The translations under genes and the position numbers were made by a program. From the NCBI RefSeq assembly GCF_011745625.1, contig NW_027191455.1:682001-746000 (forward strand): a stretch of 64,000 bases of DNA. The letters are read 5' to 3'. Positions 44,649 to 56,383 of this stretch are shown here, piece by piece. Source of the DNA: Cladosporium halotolerans (taxonomy: Eukaryota). The notes below the pieces were generated by a model. It was not told the DNA's origin. It saw only the letters and a list, made by a program, of their open reading frames with translations, and searched no databases. The number at the start of each line of letters is the position of its first letter. The stretch's first letter is position 1.

Positions 44649-46034
44649 CTAGCGCTTGCGATTGAGCGTCTGCGGCTTGGGCTGTTTCACGGCGATCTCC
44701 TCGCCGGTGCTCTCGTCGTCTTCCTCGTCCTCGACATCTTCGTCCTCGGAGCCTTCGCTGGCATCGTCCTCCGAACCATCCTCGCCATCGTCCTCGTCGG
44801 ACTCCTCGGCTTCAAGATCGAACATTCCGTTCCTGGCGTCTTCCTCATCCTCGTCTTCGGCGCTCACGCTGCCCTCGCCGCCAGCAAAGCCGTTTGCTAC
44901 CTCGTCATCGCTTGCGTCTTCGCTCTCAGAGGCGGTGTGGTATTCTTCGCCTTGCGGCTGGGCCTTGGATCGCTTCGACGGCCTTTCCAGCGCAGCGAGC
45001 TCGGCCTCGGAGCCCTCGTCGTCGTCATCGCGGCCTTCGATGTAGAGCACGCCAGCCTCGTCGTCTTCGTCGTCGCGCGCGCGGGCGGAGTTGGCGAGCG
45101 TCGACCGTCTCAGTTCGAGCTGCGCGCCGAGCATGTCGAGCTTGCCCTTCAGCTGCAGCAGAGGCTGCAGGCCTTGCGCGCGCTCGCGGAGGACCTGGTT
45201 GAGGGCACGGAGCTTGCCCATGATCTCGGGTTGTGTTACGAGGTACCCGCCATGCGCGACGAGCGACCACTGTATCCAGGTCATCAGGTGGCCGGTGCGG
45301 CCGGGGCGGCGGTGGATGCGCTCGGCCAGTCTCTGCATGAGCGGGCCGACGAGGTGTGATTGGAGGCGCTGGATGGTGGTGCGGATGCTCTGCTGGTCGG
45401 TCATCTGGAAACATGTCTCGAGCATGTCCTTGTCGTTTGTGCGAAGAGCTTGCGTGAGGACGGTGCTCAATGAGGTTCCGGTGGGTGCGGCGAGCACTTG
45501 CTTGCCAGTGGCAGGGACGACCGCGTTTTGCTCATCCTGTGGGAACTGGGCGTGCACGTCTATGGGCTCGGGGTGTCTGGCGGAAAGCATGTCGCCGAAT
45601 GAAGGCTCCTCTTGCTCCGCTGCATCCTCGGCCTCGCCGTCAACCATGTCGACATCTTCGGCTCCGCCGACGGCCTGCTGCTCCTTGCGGCGTCCATTCG
45701 TCTGGGGCTGGGGAGCGTTCTCTGCCTCGCTCTCATATTCGCTGCTGTCTTCCTCCGCGCTCGAGATGTCGATCACTTGGTTCGCATTGCCCTCGGGTGC
45801 CACCACGGCTTTCGACTCGTCGACTCTCGTGGTGCGCTTGTCGGGCACGCCGTTGGTCAATTTGCCCTCCAGTTTCCTACCCTGCCTCGCATCCTCATCT
45901 ACAAGAAAGTCAAGTCCGGCATCCTTCTTCCTCCCTGCCGGAGCATGAGAACTCTTCAGCTTCTTGGTCGTGTGCTGCTCGCTCGGCTCGGCAGGCCGGG
46001 CGCGGCTGGGACGGGAGCGCTTTGCTGCGCTCAT
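44649..46034 (-). CDS. UTP5: U3 snoRNP/SSU processome Utp5-like protein (Dip2/Utp12 domain)
   Basis: SLSTVLTQALRTNDKDMLETC...TIQRL...LMTWIQWSLVAHGGYL...LLQLKGKLDML, followed by an acidic tail. Confidence 0.8.
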   Translation of the reverse strand: MSAAKRSRPSRARPAEPSEQHTTKKLKSSHAPAGRKKDAGLDFLVDEDARQGRKLEGKLTNGVPDKRTTRVDESKAVVAPEGNANQVIDISSAEEDSSEYESEAENAPQPQTNGRRKEQQAVGGAEDVDMVDGEAEDAAEQEEPSFGDMLSARHPEPIDVHAQFPQDEQNAVVPATGKQVLAAPTGTSLSTVLTQALRTNDKDMLETCFQMTDQQSIRTTIQRLQSHLVGPLMQRLAERIHRRPGRTGHLMTWIQWSLVAHGGYLVTQPEIMGKLRALNQVLRERAQGLQPLLQLKGKLDMLGAQLELRRSTLANSARARDDEDDEAGVLYIEGRDDDDEGSEAELAALERPSKRSKAQPQGEEYHTASESEDASDDEVANGFAGGEGSVSAEDEDEEDARNGMFDLEAEESDEDDGEDGSEDDASEGSEDEDVEDEEDDESTGEEIAVKQPKPQTLNRKR

Positions 46035-47400
46035 CACTCCAGCAACATGCCCTTGCTTCCAGGGTAATAGAGGGAGTGAAGGTGTGGGCGTGGGGGGTGT
46101 GGCAGGGTGGGAGGTGTCCTGCTTGCTGGATGTCGTCAACCGCAGCGCCCGATCGCAAAAAGCTTCTCGATCAATTTTCTGAGTGCTGGAGGCGCTAAGG
46201 AAGCGCGGGCTCTGCGTCGCTGCGGGAGGGCGGGAGGCCCTTCCGGGCGGGCCCAGCCGCGGCTTGGCTGGGTCGCATTACCTACGCATCGATCGCAAGC
46301 TTGTCGTTCGGGGTGTCAAGGGTGTGTAGAAACGCAAAGCGCGGGCAGTGAACGTTTAGTCTGTGACTGAAGAACATCCTGTGAACTCCCAAACGCGCTC
46401 ACAGAAGTGCCATGTCATCGCGCAGTCGTCACCGGTGAAGTGAAGGCGCAAGCCGGGGTCGATGTGAGGAAAAGGAGCCGTGGCAGCCCAATCACGTCCA
46501 CAGGCGCAGCCGGCGCCGCGCTTCTGCAATGTTAAAGTACTGGCGTCTGCCCTGCCGTGAAATTATTATTGCCCTCTGCATCCGTCAATTCACCAGCAAT
46601 CCCACCCGCCGTCCCGCAGCTTTGGAGCACCTCCGCTCCGCTCCACCCTCTCGCCCAGCAGCCTCAAACGCCGAGCTATAGGGCGTTTTAGTCTGCTCCT
46701 CGCCTTTGGCGCTAACCGGCAACTCGCGGCCGCTGTAGTAAAGTTGCCTGTCGTGTGCTGCTGCCCTTGCACAAACGCCGCACAACCCACCAACCAGCGC
46801 GCACAAAAGCACGGCCGCGTCGACTAGCCGATCGCCCTCTGGATCACCTCACACCCGTCATCCCCCAACACACGCCGCCACATCCGGCGTCCAGCATCAC
46901 AACATTCACTCGAACACGGGCGCTGCACTTCACTGTCACTGTCACTCAGTCGCTGCCGCTTTCCTCACCTGACTGTGGCGACCGCGCACGCTGCTGCCTT
47001 GCGCAGAGCCGGTCACGTGTCGACGCTGCCTCACACGAAGTGTTTCGGGGCGGGCCGGGCTTGACTAGCGCGCTTCGCCTCGATAAGAGCATTTCTCTTC
47101 CCAGCGGAACCTGAACCTCTTGCTCGATCGCCGAGCCACACACGACTTCGCGCTTGCGCATCGACCTCATCCCGCGTCCACCATCAAATCCACAAACACC
47201 ATCCTAGCCGCCGCGATCCACGCGACTCGACGTGTTTTTCCGGCCGACCCATCAACACGCGCGCATTCGTAATTGTTTATTCAATTTGCGCAACCATTAG
47301 CGCGCGCGTGATTCGCTGACAGCTCGGCGCGCATCCTGGAGTACCGAGGCGCCGGTATCACGTGCCCGCGACTTCAGCTCTCTTTACCTTTCATTCTACC

Positions 47401-50190
47401 ATGGCCTCGGACTTGGCTCAGGACAGCGTCGTGCCGAACGTAAATGGCATCGACGCGTCAAAGCAGCCGAGTGGTTCCGATCATGAAGCTTCCAACTCAG
47501 AAATCACCAAGACGTCTGCTGTGAACGGGTAAGTAATTCGTCCTTGTTGTTAGCATGTAGTGGATATGCAGCTGCCTTTCTCCCTTTACCTTTGATAATG
47601 TTGTCGCATCCCATGCTCTACGATCGATCGATTTTTTGATCGAACAAATCACTGACAAACACATTGCAGGGCTCACGATCAAGCCGGTGATGCCATGCAG
47701 GATCAAACAACGGCGCCGTCCAACCAGGAGGCGTTCGACGAGAACCGCCACTTACCGTCTACCAAACTGGACACTACTGATAGAGCTGCGCCTGAAGCGA
47801 ACCCTGGTGGACCTACTCCGACTGAGGATGCATCGTCAGGAATCGCTCCGATCGCGGATTACATTCCCAAGGACGCGCCCAATCTTTCTCACCCTACGCC
47901 TCCGCCGGATCAGCCACTTGGGTCTGGTGCTGCCGACGTAGATACGGAAATGAAAGACCAGCCGGTCGAGGACGCGAAACCAAACGTAGACGCAGAGAAG
48001 GTTCCAGCTGCAGACGAACCGCTCCCTCAGGAAAACACCGAGTCCAAATTGACGAAGCCCGAGGAATCATTGCTCAATGGTGTTTCACAGTCAACAGATC
48101 CTACGCCAGAGGTCGACGCAAAACCTGCGCCAGCATCTGCGGAATCGACCCAAGAGTCAGCGCAGTCCGGTGTCGTGCGTCCACGCGAAGACGATGGAGA
48201 GGACGAGCCGGTCGCCAAGCGGGCAAAGGTGGACGAAGAGTCGCAGTCTGCACAAGCTCCTGAAGCTTCCACTCCCGCTCCAGCTGAAAGTGCAAAGCCC
48301 GAACCTGCCGCGACCTCAGAAACCGTGGAACAGCCTTCAGTTACGGTCCCGTCCACGGAGACACCTGCTGCCGCCCCAGCTCCTGCCGAGCAGCCAGCTA
48401 CACAAGCTCCGGCGCAGGATGTGCAGAAGCCGGAGGCGAAGTACCCGACAACTCCCGTGACAGCCACTCAGAAGTCGTATCTCCTCGAGAAGCTCAAGAA
48501 CACCAAAAAGACGAAGCATGCAACGTTCTTCCTGAATCCAGTCGATCCAGTGGCCTTGAAGATTCCAACATACCCGGATGTGATCAAGAACCCCATGGAC
48601 CTCGGCACTGTCGAGACAAAGCTCAAGGCTGATCAGTATTCTTCCGTCCAGGCGTTTGCGGACGATCTTCAATTGATCGTGGACAACGCCGCGAAGTTCA
48701 ATGGTCCGCAGCACGTGGTCACACACGCTGGTAACAACATGCTTGCGTACACCAACAACTTCATGAAGAAGGTTCCCGGCCCCACTGCATCTGGCCAGCA
48801 GAAGGTTGCTAAGAAATTCTCGCCTGCTCCTTCAAAGCCGACTGCGCCTCGCCGCGAGACGCGTCCGGCTCCTCCGCCTCCCGTCAAGGAGCGGTCCAGT
48901 GCTAGCGAAGCTTTCGCACTCCAGCCAGACGGTATGCCGCAGATTCGTCGTGACTCCCAGACTTCAAGACCCGCTCGTGCGATCAAGCCGCCGGCGAACC
49001 GCGAAGTGACTTACCCCAAGCCCAAGCGCCGCGAGCACCTGCTTGAATTGAAGTTCTGCGAGCACGTCCTTGATGAGATCCGTGGTCCGAGATATGCTCA
49101 GCTGAACCACGTCTTCCTCATGCCGGTAGATCCTGTTGCTCTGAACATCCCGCATTACCGCCAGGTCATCAAGCATCCCATGGATCTCGGCACCATGACT
49201 CAGAAGCTGAAGCAAGGCCAGTACGGCAAGGCGAGCGAGTTTAAGAAGGACTTTGACCTGATGGTCGACAACTGCCTCTCCTTCAACCCTCCCGGAAACC
49301 CGGTGCGCGACCTCGGCATTCAGCTTCGTCGCGAGTTCGAGTCGCTGTGGCGGGATAAGGAGAAGTGGGAGCGCGCGAACAAGCCGAGATCTGAGCGTGC
49401 CTCTTCCGCTTCCGGTGACGATAGTGCGGCCGAGGAGAGCGAAGAGGACGAGGAAGAGCCGGCTGACGAGGCGCAAGCAACCATTGCGGCTCTGTCGAAA
49501 CAACTTGCGATGATGCAGAACCAGCTCGCTGCTTTCGGGCAGGGTCAAGTCAAGCCGGCGAAGGCTAAGAAGGCCAAGGATGCTGGCAAGTCGAAGAAGA
49601 AGTCTCTGCCATCGGCGGCGACCAAGCCCATGAAAATCAGCACAGCTCCCAAGGCCAAGCCGAAGAAGCAGAAGCCCGTGACGTACGAAGAAAAGCAAGA
49701 AATCTCGTCCGCCGTCGAGAAAATGGACGGCGCGCAGATCGAGAAGCTGACCCAGATCATCACCGAGAACTGCGAGAAATACCGCAACATGGGCGACGAG
49801 ATGGAGCTCGAGATCGACGACCTGCCGGACGACGTCCAGCGCCTGCTGCTCAAGCACGTCCGCAGCATCTTCGGTAACCCCAACCGCGCCAGCAACGCCC
49901 GCGCCGCCTCACCCGACGACCTCGCCGCCGCAGACGACGACGACTTCGAGCCGTCCCACCGCTCTCGCGGCGGCGGCGGTGGCGACGCCAAGCGCAAAAA
50001 GCACAAGCCCATGGGCAAGAAGGAGCAGCAGGACAGCATCAACAACTTGCGCAACCAGCTCGCGGCCTTCTCCGGCTCCGCCGCCGTCAGCGGCGACAGC
50101 CCTCCCGGCGCCAAGTACGCGGCCGGAGGCCAGGACGGTAGCGACGAGGACGACTCGGGCGACGACAGCGAGGAGAGCGAGGAGGAGTAA
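47401..50190 (+). CDS. BDF1: BET-family double bromodomain protein; intron 47529-47669
   Basis: Two bromodomains (FLNPVDPVALKIPTYPDVIKNPMDLGT; FLMPVDPVALNIPHYRQVIKHPMDLGT), an ET domain (VTYEEKQEIS...ELEIDDLP) and a SEED-like tail. Upstream exon 47401-47528 splices in frame. Confidence 0.94.
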
Positions 50191-52361
50191 AAGATTCCAA
50201 ATCAGAATCTTTGCTCAGTCCCTCCCTATTTTCCAGGTCCAGCCGTTTCGCCCCAGATTGCCGCTGGAAAGGGATCAGTCCATTTCTTCTTCCTGATGAT
50301 GACGATGACGAGACGCAGCTGGTGTTGTTTTATCCCCCCGAGATAGTTTTCTTTTCCTGGCCCTGCACTTTGGCAGTGGCCCGCCCGATTGTAATTGTAC
50401 GACTTAACTTTCCACGAGGACTCCGACGAGAGAACAGACACATCAGAAAATTCAGATATCCAGGCTGGGATCCGAGGTCCTGTTTTTTTTTTCTTTTGCT
50501 TGCCCGTTTTGTGCTCCGAGAGGGTCCTTTTTGCCAACGAGGTCGAATTCGAGGTCGATCTTCTGTGGGTTCCTGTTGGCTTTTCGACGGAACATCCAGA
50601 AAGTCGCCCACGGACCCGGTGGCGATTCGACGGGATGGCGAATTTTGCCCTTTTTCCGGTCCTGATTTCGTGTGTGTGCTCCTCGTGCGCGCGCGCGCGC
50701 GGAGAGGACTGGAAAGGGCGTGCAGAAATTGAATGGGCGGCAGGGTAGGGTATCCTGGGCAGCAGCCTAGGGAGCGCGATAGGTACCTAGTAGTAGTAAT
50801 GGCAGGCAGATCCAGGAGGTATTTCGAAGTCCATATTTCTCAGTGTCTTTTCCATATGGTTCCAGCGGTCCTGCGCGTTGACAGCAGGAGAATGGATATG
50901 GCGCTTTTCTTTTGCTGATTCTGAGGGCGGGCATATGCGCTGTGCATTTAGCCACACACCACACACCACGCACCAGCGGCGTCGGGGGAGGGCCCGCGGG
51001 CCTCGGCGGTGCGTGCGTTGCGCGCCTCTCCGCATTGCATGGCGTGAGGGAGCTCTCGAGTGGCAGAGCTGGGAGGGCGGGAGCAGGAGGTGTTGCTGCT
51101 GCTGCTGCTGAAGGGGCTTTCAGAGGGTTTGGTTAGTTTGCTACCTTATTAGTGTCAGCTGCGGAGGATTGGTTGTTTTCCATGAGCGAGAGCTGCTCTG
51201 GGCGGAGGAAATATCGGCGCAAAGACGGCGCGTGGCGAACGTCGTGCGTGGGCGCTTAGAGGGTTTGAGAGCTTTGGCGGTTGGGCGGTTGGCGCTGAGG
51301 GGATCGGGCATGCTGGGTGATTCCGTGTGGTGGTATGTGGACGCATGTCGTGGCATGTGTAGGTTGTCAGTCGTCGGGCTGGCAGGTGGTGAGATGTGCT
51401 GTCGTGACCCATGGGAGCGCGGTCGGCCACGACCGTGATGAGCGGGGTGGTCGGCTTTTGAATGGGGCGAGGGCGGCGAGGGCAGGGCCTGGCTCTGCCT
51501 GTGGCAATATATGTCACACACGCCGTGGGGAGGAGAGCAATATACGATGGTAGATGTCGAGGAGGCGAGAGGCATGGCATGGCATGTTGTGGAAAGGGGA
51601 GTGTCGGAGATCGGCCTACGGCAAGGTAGCCTGAGGTCAACAAAGGAACGGAAGGGCTCCTGTGCCTGAGACTCGCCGGCCGCCTCACGTGGTCCGGAGG
51701 ATTGCGCCAACAGCACAGGCGTGCACCACCTGCCAGCACGCCGCACGCCGGCACCCGGCCACGGCCACGGCCACGGCCAGCAGCCCATGCATGTGCGCCG
51801 TGGACCCCGCGGCATCGCGCGACGATCTGCTGGCAAACCATCGACCAAGCTTCTGCCCGCCCGTCGACCCCGTCTCTCCCTGGCCCCAAGCCTGTGCCAA
51901 ATGGCCGATCCGCCCTCAGGCCTTGCCGCACTCGTTGGGCATGACGTCGGACATTCCCGCCCTGCTCCTCTCTCGATCCCTTCCCTGCACTGCAAGTACT
52001 AAGTATATCCTGCCCTACTACTCCGCATCTCGCGTGTCCCATGTGTTCGCAGCCACTCCCCACATCTCATTCCCTTTGTTAGAGCGAATATCCTCAGGTC
52101 TGTAGAGATCCTGCGCGTTCGGCGACTACGACGGAGGTTCCACGGCCATTGGTTCTGTGCGGGACTTTCAGCAACGGCCACCGTCACCCTGCCTTAATTT
52201 GCCTTTAACGGATTTGAAAAGCGCATCTGAGCGCGTGACCAGCTGCCACTATTGTCACACCAGAGCATTCCACGCCTGATTGGCAATATATACCCGCGAC
52301 TGGGGAGGTCCCAACAGCTTGAACCGCCACTGACGCTGTCCGCCGGAATTCGTTTGCGACC

Positions 52362-53372
52362 ATGACGCTCCATCTCGGCCTCCACCACCACCGCAACGCA
52401 GACCAGCAGGCCGAAATTCGCGAGGCGCGACGCATGCTGCAAGGTCGCGTGCGCACCGACTGGCATTACCCATCTTTGCCTGCCTACCAAAAAGAAGAAC
52501 AGGGGAGAGAGCCTGCACAGACCGAAGATGAAGCAAGGGTAGCAGGCTTCAAATTTCACACGCCGGGCGAGAACGAGCCCAGCGAACCTCTGGAATGGCG
52601 CGAACGAGACTATGCTTCTTCCGACAACGATTCAGACGAGGATGAGGCGGAGATCGCAGCCGTAAGGGAGAGCGAACAGAAGAAGGGCAAGGGAGAGCAC
52701 AGCTCGGAGACCGCGCACAACATCGCGGCGAACATTGCGAATCGGAGAAATGCAAGGAAGCGAAAGCGAAAAGAGCTCCTAGAACGGGAGATGACTTGGA
52801 ACGACGGCCTCAGCCACTGGACAGCGATGCGCGACGCCTGGTGCGGTGCGAAGACAGCGGATGAAGTGCGAGCACTCAAGGACGGGCAAGTTGAGGACGT
52901 CAAGGCGGACTCAGCGTCGGCATCAGCCTCTGCGGGCTCTACACCACGCACTTCTACATCTTCAGGCTCTGCAAAGGCGAACTCTACTTCTGCGGCAGCG
53001 ACGACGCCAGATGCGAATATTCACGTTGGTGGCATGTCGGTGTCGCCGCCTTCGCACATGCTTGTGCCCGTCGCTCCTAAGATTCTGCCGAACCATCCCA
53101 TTCGCCGAAAGATCTCGCCGGGCATGTACTCCGAAATCTACAACAAGATTATCATACAGTCGCGCACACCATCTGTGCCAATCAACCTAGGGACCATGAT
53201 CAACGCGCTGGTGCAAGGGTGGAAGGACGACGGCGAGTGGCCTCCCAAGCCTGCACCGCTAGAAAAAAGCATTACAAAGAAGAAGGGACACGGAAGCGTT
53301 AGAGATGGGGTAAAGTCTTTCGCCAGAGTATTGAGGATTACTGGCGGGGAGTCAGTGGCTGGCAAAGGCTGA
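52362..53372 (+). CDS. DUF4050 / Gag1-like clamp domain protein
   Basis: WNDGLSHW...RDAWCGA and IYNKIIIQSRTPSVPINL..MINALVQGWKDDGEWPPK. Confidence 0.8.
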   Translation: MTLHLGLHHHRNADQQAEIREARRMLQGRVRTDWHYPSLPAYQKEEQGREPAQTEDEARVAGFKFHTPGENEPSEPLEWRERDYASSDNDSDEDEAEIAAVRESEQKKGKGEHSSETAHNIAANIANRRNARKRKRKELLEREMTWNDGLSHWTAMRDAWCGAKTADEVRALKDGQVEDVKADSASASASAGSTPRTSTSSGSAKANSTSAAATTPDANIHVGGMSVSPPSHMLVPVAPKILPNHPIRRKISPGMYSEIYNKIIIQSRTPSVPINLGTMINALVQGWKDDGEWPPKPAPLEKSITKKKGHGSVRDGVKSFARVLRITGGESVAGKG

Positions 53373-53902
53373 GGGGATGGCTCTCTGCGGGTGCTGCTGC
53401 ACCCAGCACAAAAACTTCTGAGCGAATGTTCTTTCAGCTGGCTACACAAAGATACCATAATAGTTACGACCATTCACTGACGAGACGAATTCTCGCGGTG
53501 CTACGCCTGCCGCCTCCTGCTATTCTGCCATCCTTCCAGTGACAGTACGCCAGGTAGGTGAACATAATGCTTCCATTGTGTTGAAGTTCAAACAAAGAAC
53601 GCGCTTTCTTTGACGGGTAAGTATTCCCCGACCCGCACAATGCTCATTGTTGATATTCACCTCGTCTTTGTCTCTGCTCATGTCTGCATATTAGCCAGCA
53701 CCGGAACACTGTCTACACTTCTCGTCTGGTCACAGATCCGACTTGGAGCGGTCTCTGTCACCCCTTCAACAAAAACCCAAACGCACTACTTCCACCTTAG
53801 AGTCTCCTGCCTGACCGGTTCAGACATCAGCTCTAGTATATAGTAGAGCTTACCTCGAAATCTCAAAATCCAAATCTACAACTCATCTAGAACAACTACA
53901 AC

Positions 53903-55819
53903 ATGGCTCGGTCTGGTCTCAACAACATCATCTCCCACGACAGTGCGACTTTACAGCAATTGACCTCTGGAAAGAACAGGAACCCTTTCTCGCCCTCCAC
54001 TCCCGGCTCCTCGAAGCGTACTTCCAGCACCAAGACTGGGAGGCGTTACAGATTCCGCGTGAGGGTGAGGAAGGCCTGCATCTCTCTCACCAAGAAGGCG
54101 AAAGCTTTCTCAAACTTCCTCAAGCCCCACAAGCGTCTCACCAACACCCCTCACTCCTGGATGGCTACTGACATCAGGATCCCCACGATCTCCTCTCACA
54201 CTCGCAGCAGCACGCCGAGCATCTGCGTCACTCGTCCGACTCTCCGCCTCCACCAGGTTCCCCCTTCGCCAGTGCCCTCGCAGACCTCTTCATCGCGTAG
54301 GAGGAAGAACAATAGGAAGAGCATGCGCTTCAGCCACCCCGTCGTCAACGCCGTGATCGCCGGCCCTGCCCGGACTCCAGAGCCCTCTGTCGCCACGGCT
54401 CTCACCACTGACAGCTGGTCAACCGTCAACACTGCCAGTCTGTCCGGCACGGCCCCGGGCACCCCGAACACGGTCACTACCGCAGACTTCCAGGGCCAGG
54501 TGAACCCCAAGAGGGTCTTTAGGGAATCGCATGTTAATGCGAGCTTCAACACTTTCAAGGATGTCATGGATGGTGTGAAGGCGAAGCCTAAGCCGATGCC
54601 CTTGCCTGCTCACGCGAGTGCTCATGCGGAGGCTAGTACTCATGCGAGTGCTTATGCTCGGACTCGTGCTCGCGCTGAAGCTCGCGCTCAGGCTCGCGCT
54701 CAGGCTTCTGCTCAGGCTCACGCTAACACTCCTGCCGTGGCTCAGGCTCCTGCTCCTAGTCAGACTCAGGTTCAATCTCAGGCTCCGCCTACGGCTCCAG
54801 CTCAGTCTCGTGCTTCAGCTCATGCTCCGGGTCATACTAACGCTCATACTCCGATTCCTGCTACTACTCAGGTCCATGCTCAGGTTCCAGCTCCGGCGCA
54901 GATTCCGACTCAGGCTCCCTCGGCCAGTCCGCCTTCGCTCCCTTACATCGCCGCGCAGCCTCCCATGACCCTGAACAATAGCAACAACGACCCTCTGGCT
55001 GCTTTCGCCGCGAAAGTACAGGCTCAGTATGTCCTTCCAGCGAACGGCACCGCGCCTGCAGTCATCGTCATTGCCCATCCAAGCGTCCTCCAGCCTGGTT
55101 TCCAGCAGCCTCAGCAGCAGCAGCAGCAGCCGTCCCAGCCTGCTCGTCCACACACAATTGGTAACTTCCTCCCCTACATCCCCTACAACCCTCGCTTCAA
55201 CCCCTACAACACTCCGCCCCCCAACCCCCCCTCTCCCACCCTGCCACCAACACCCACTACCGGCCTCCCCGCCGCCATCGCCGAAGCCGACTCCGCCGAG
55301 GAGCAGATTGCCCGCAAGCGCCACACCACCCTCTACGTCGACGTCGAGTCCGGCTGCATCTTCCCGCCACCTTCCCCTGCTCCTGCTTCCGCTCCCGTCA
55401 TCGCCACTCCGCCTACCCCAGCTCCCGCTCCTGTTCCCGCCCCTGCTCCCGTCCACACCATCAAGCGCAAGCCCGTCCCCGCCAGGTCTACGGCCCCGGC
55501 CCCGACTCCAGCTCCAGCCAACACTGCCAAGCCCCTCCCTCCCATTCCCGGCTCCAGCGACCCTCGCCGCTTCACGGGCGGTATCGTTCCAGAGTCCATC
55601 AGGATGAACTCGAACGGGTACCCGATGATCGGCAAGGGCAAGGGCAAAGGTAAGGGCTGGGCTGCGGATGTGGGCGAGGTCGAGAGGAAGAGGGAGAGGA
55701 CGAGGACTCAGCAGGTCAGCAAGGGCAACGGCAAGGGAAAGGGTTGGGCTGCGGAAGTGGGCGAGGTTGAGAGGGAGAGGCAGCAGAAGCAGAGAGGAAA
55801 GGGCCGCAAGGGCCGCTGA
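53903..55819 (+). CDS. Hypothetical low-complexity Ala/Pro/Gln-rich protein with an internal duplication
   Basis: Uninterrupted 638-codon ORF starting at ACAACATG. AQA/PAP repeats and a duplicated GKGKGWAAxVGEVER unit. Confidence 0.65.
   Translation: MARSGLNNIISHDSATLQQLTSGKNRNPFSPSTPGSSKRTSSTKTGRRYRFRVRVRKACISLTKKAKAFSNFLKPHKRLTNTPHSWMATDIRIPTISSHTRSSTPSICVTRPTLRLHQVPPSPVPSQTSSSRRRKNNRKSMRFSHPVVNAVIAGPARTPEPSVATALTTDSWSTVNTASLSGTAPGTPNTVTTADFQGQVNPKRVFRESHVNASFNTFKDVMDGVKAKPKPMPLPAHASAHAEASTHASAYARTRARAEARAQARAQASAQAHANTPAVAQAPAPSQTQVQSQAPPTAPAQSRASAHAPGHTNAHTPIPATTQVHAQVPAPAQIPTQAPSASPPSLPYIAAQPPMTLNNSNNDPLAAFAAKVQAQYVLPANGTAPAVIVIAHPSVLQPGFQQPQQQQQQPSQPARPHTIGNFLPYIPYNPRFNPYNTPPPNPPSPTLPPTPTTGLPAAIAEADSAEEQIARKRHTTLYVDVESGCIFPPPSPAPASAPVIATPPTPAPAPVPAPAPVHTIKRKPVPARSTAPAPTPAPANTAKPLPPIPGSSDPRRFTGGIVPESIRMNSNGYPMIGKGKGKGKGWAADVGEVERKRERTRTQQVSKGNGKGKGWAAEVGEVERERQQKQRGKGRKGR
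55631..55780 (+). repeat. Imperfect tandem duplication, ~87-nt period, inside the CDS
   Basis: TGG GCT GCG GAx GTG GGC GAG GTx GAG AGG occurs at 55658 and again at 55745. Confidence 0.8.
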
Positions 55820-56383
55820 GGCTGCAGTTCCGGGAGCTGGTGATCTAAGGTAAGATGGCTGGAGCGATGTGTTTCTCTTTCGTGAGAGAGATGGCTTTCG
55901 GTCTCTTCTGGATTTGCTTTGTTCTGGTTTACTGGGCTTCGTGCTTTTGAGGCCCCTGGCTGATAAGGTGCGAAGAGATGGGAAGGCTGTATGATATGTG
56001 CATGGGAAACCCGGTCTGTCTTTTGCGATTTGATTTTATGGGTGGTATATCTGTTAGTTATATACAAGCTGAATCATTGCATTGGGTATGCTCTCGCACG
56101 TTTCACCTTCACATGCACTTAAGCATTCCATAAAAGATATGAGTGGAGCCCTTTAGTTGTTGGATTAATCCTAGCTGCATCGCTAAAACCTTTCATGAAA
56201 TTCATTATCGTTCATCGTAGCATACACGCGCCGCAGCGCTACTCCCTCTCCAACCCAGCCTGATCAAGTATCGATGTCCAGTATTTCCAACTCAACCTCT
56301 CGGCACGCTTCTCCCTCAAACAAAGGAAAATCCCTCCAACTCTCCATTCTTCCATCTCTCCATCCCACAAGCCATCCATCCCC

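Noticed and set aside
47529..47669. Long (141-nt) BDF1 intron examined as a second stwintron or snoRNA host
   Set aside because: Single-step excision is already in frame, the internal AGs lack branch sites, and I saw no clear C/D or H/ACA layout.
51094..52063. 284-302-aa ORFs and (TGC)n/(GGCCAC)n microsatellites between BDF1 and DUF4050
   Set aside because: The ORFs are Arg/Gly/Ala/Pro-rich translations typical of GC-rich non-coding DNA. The repeats are short ordinary microsatellites, not CRISPR-like.
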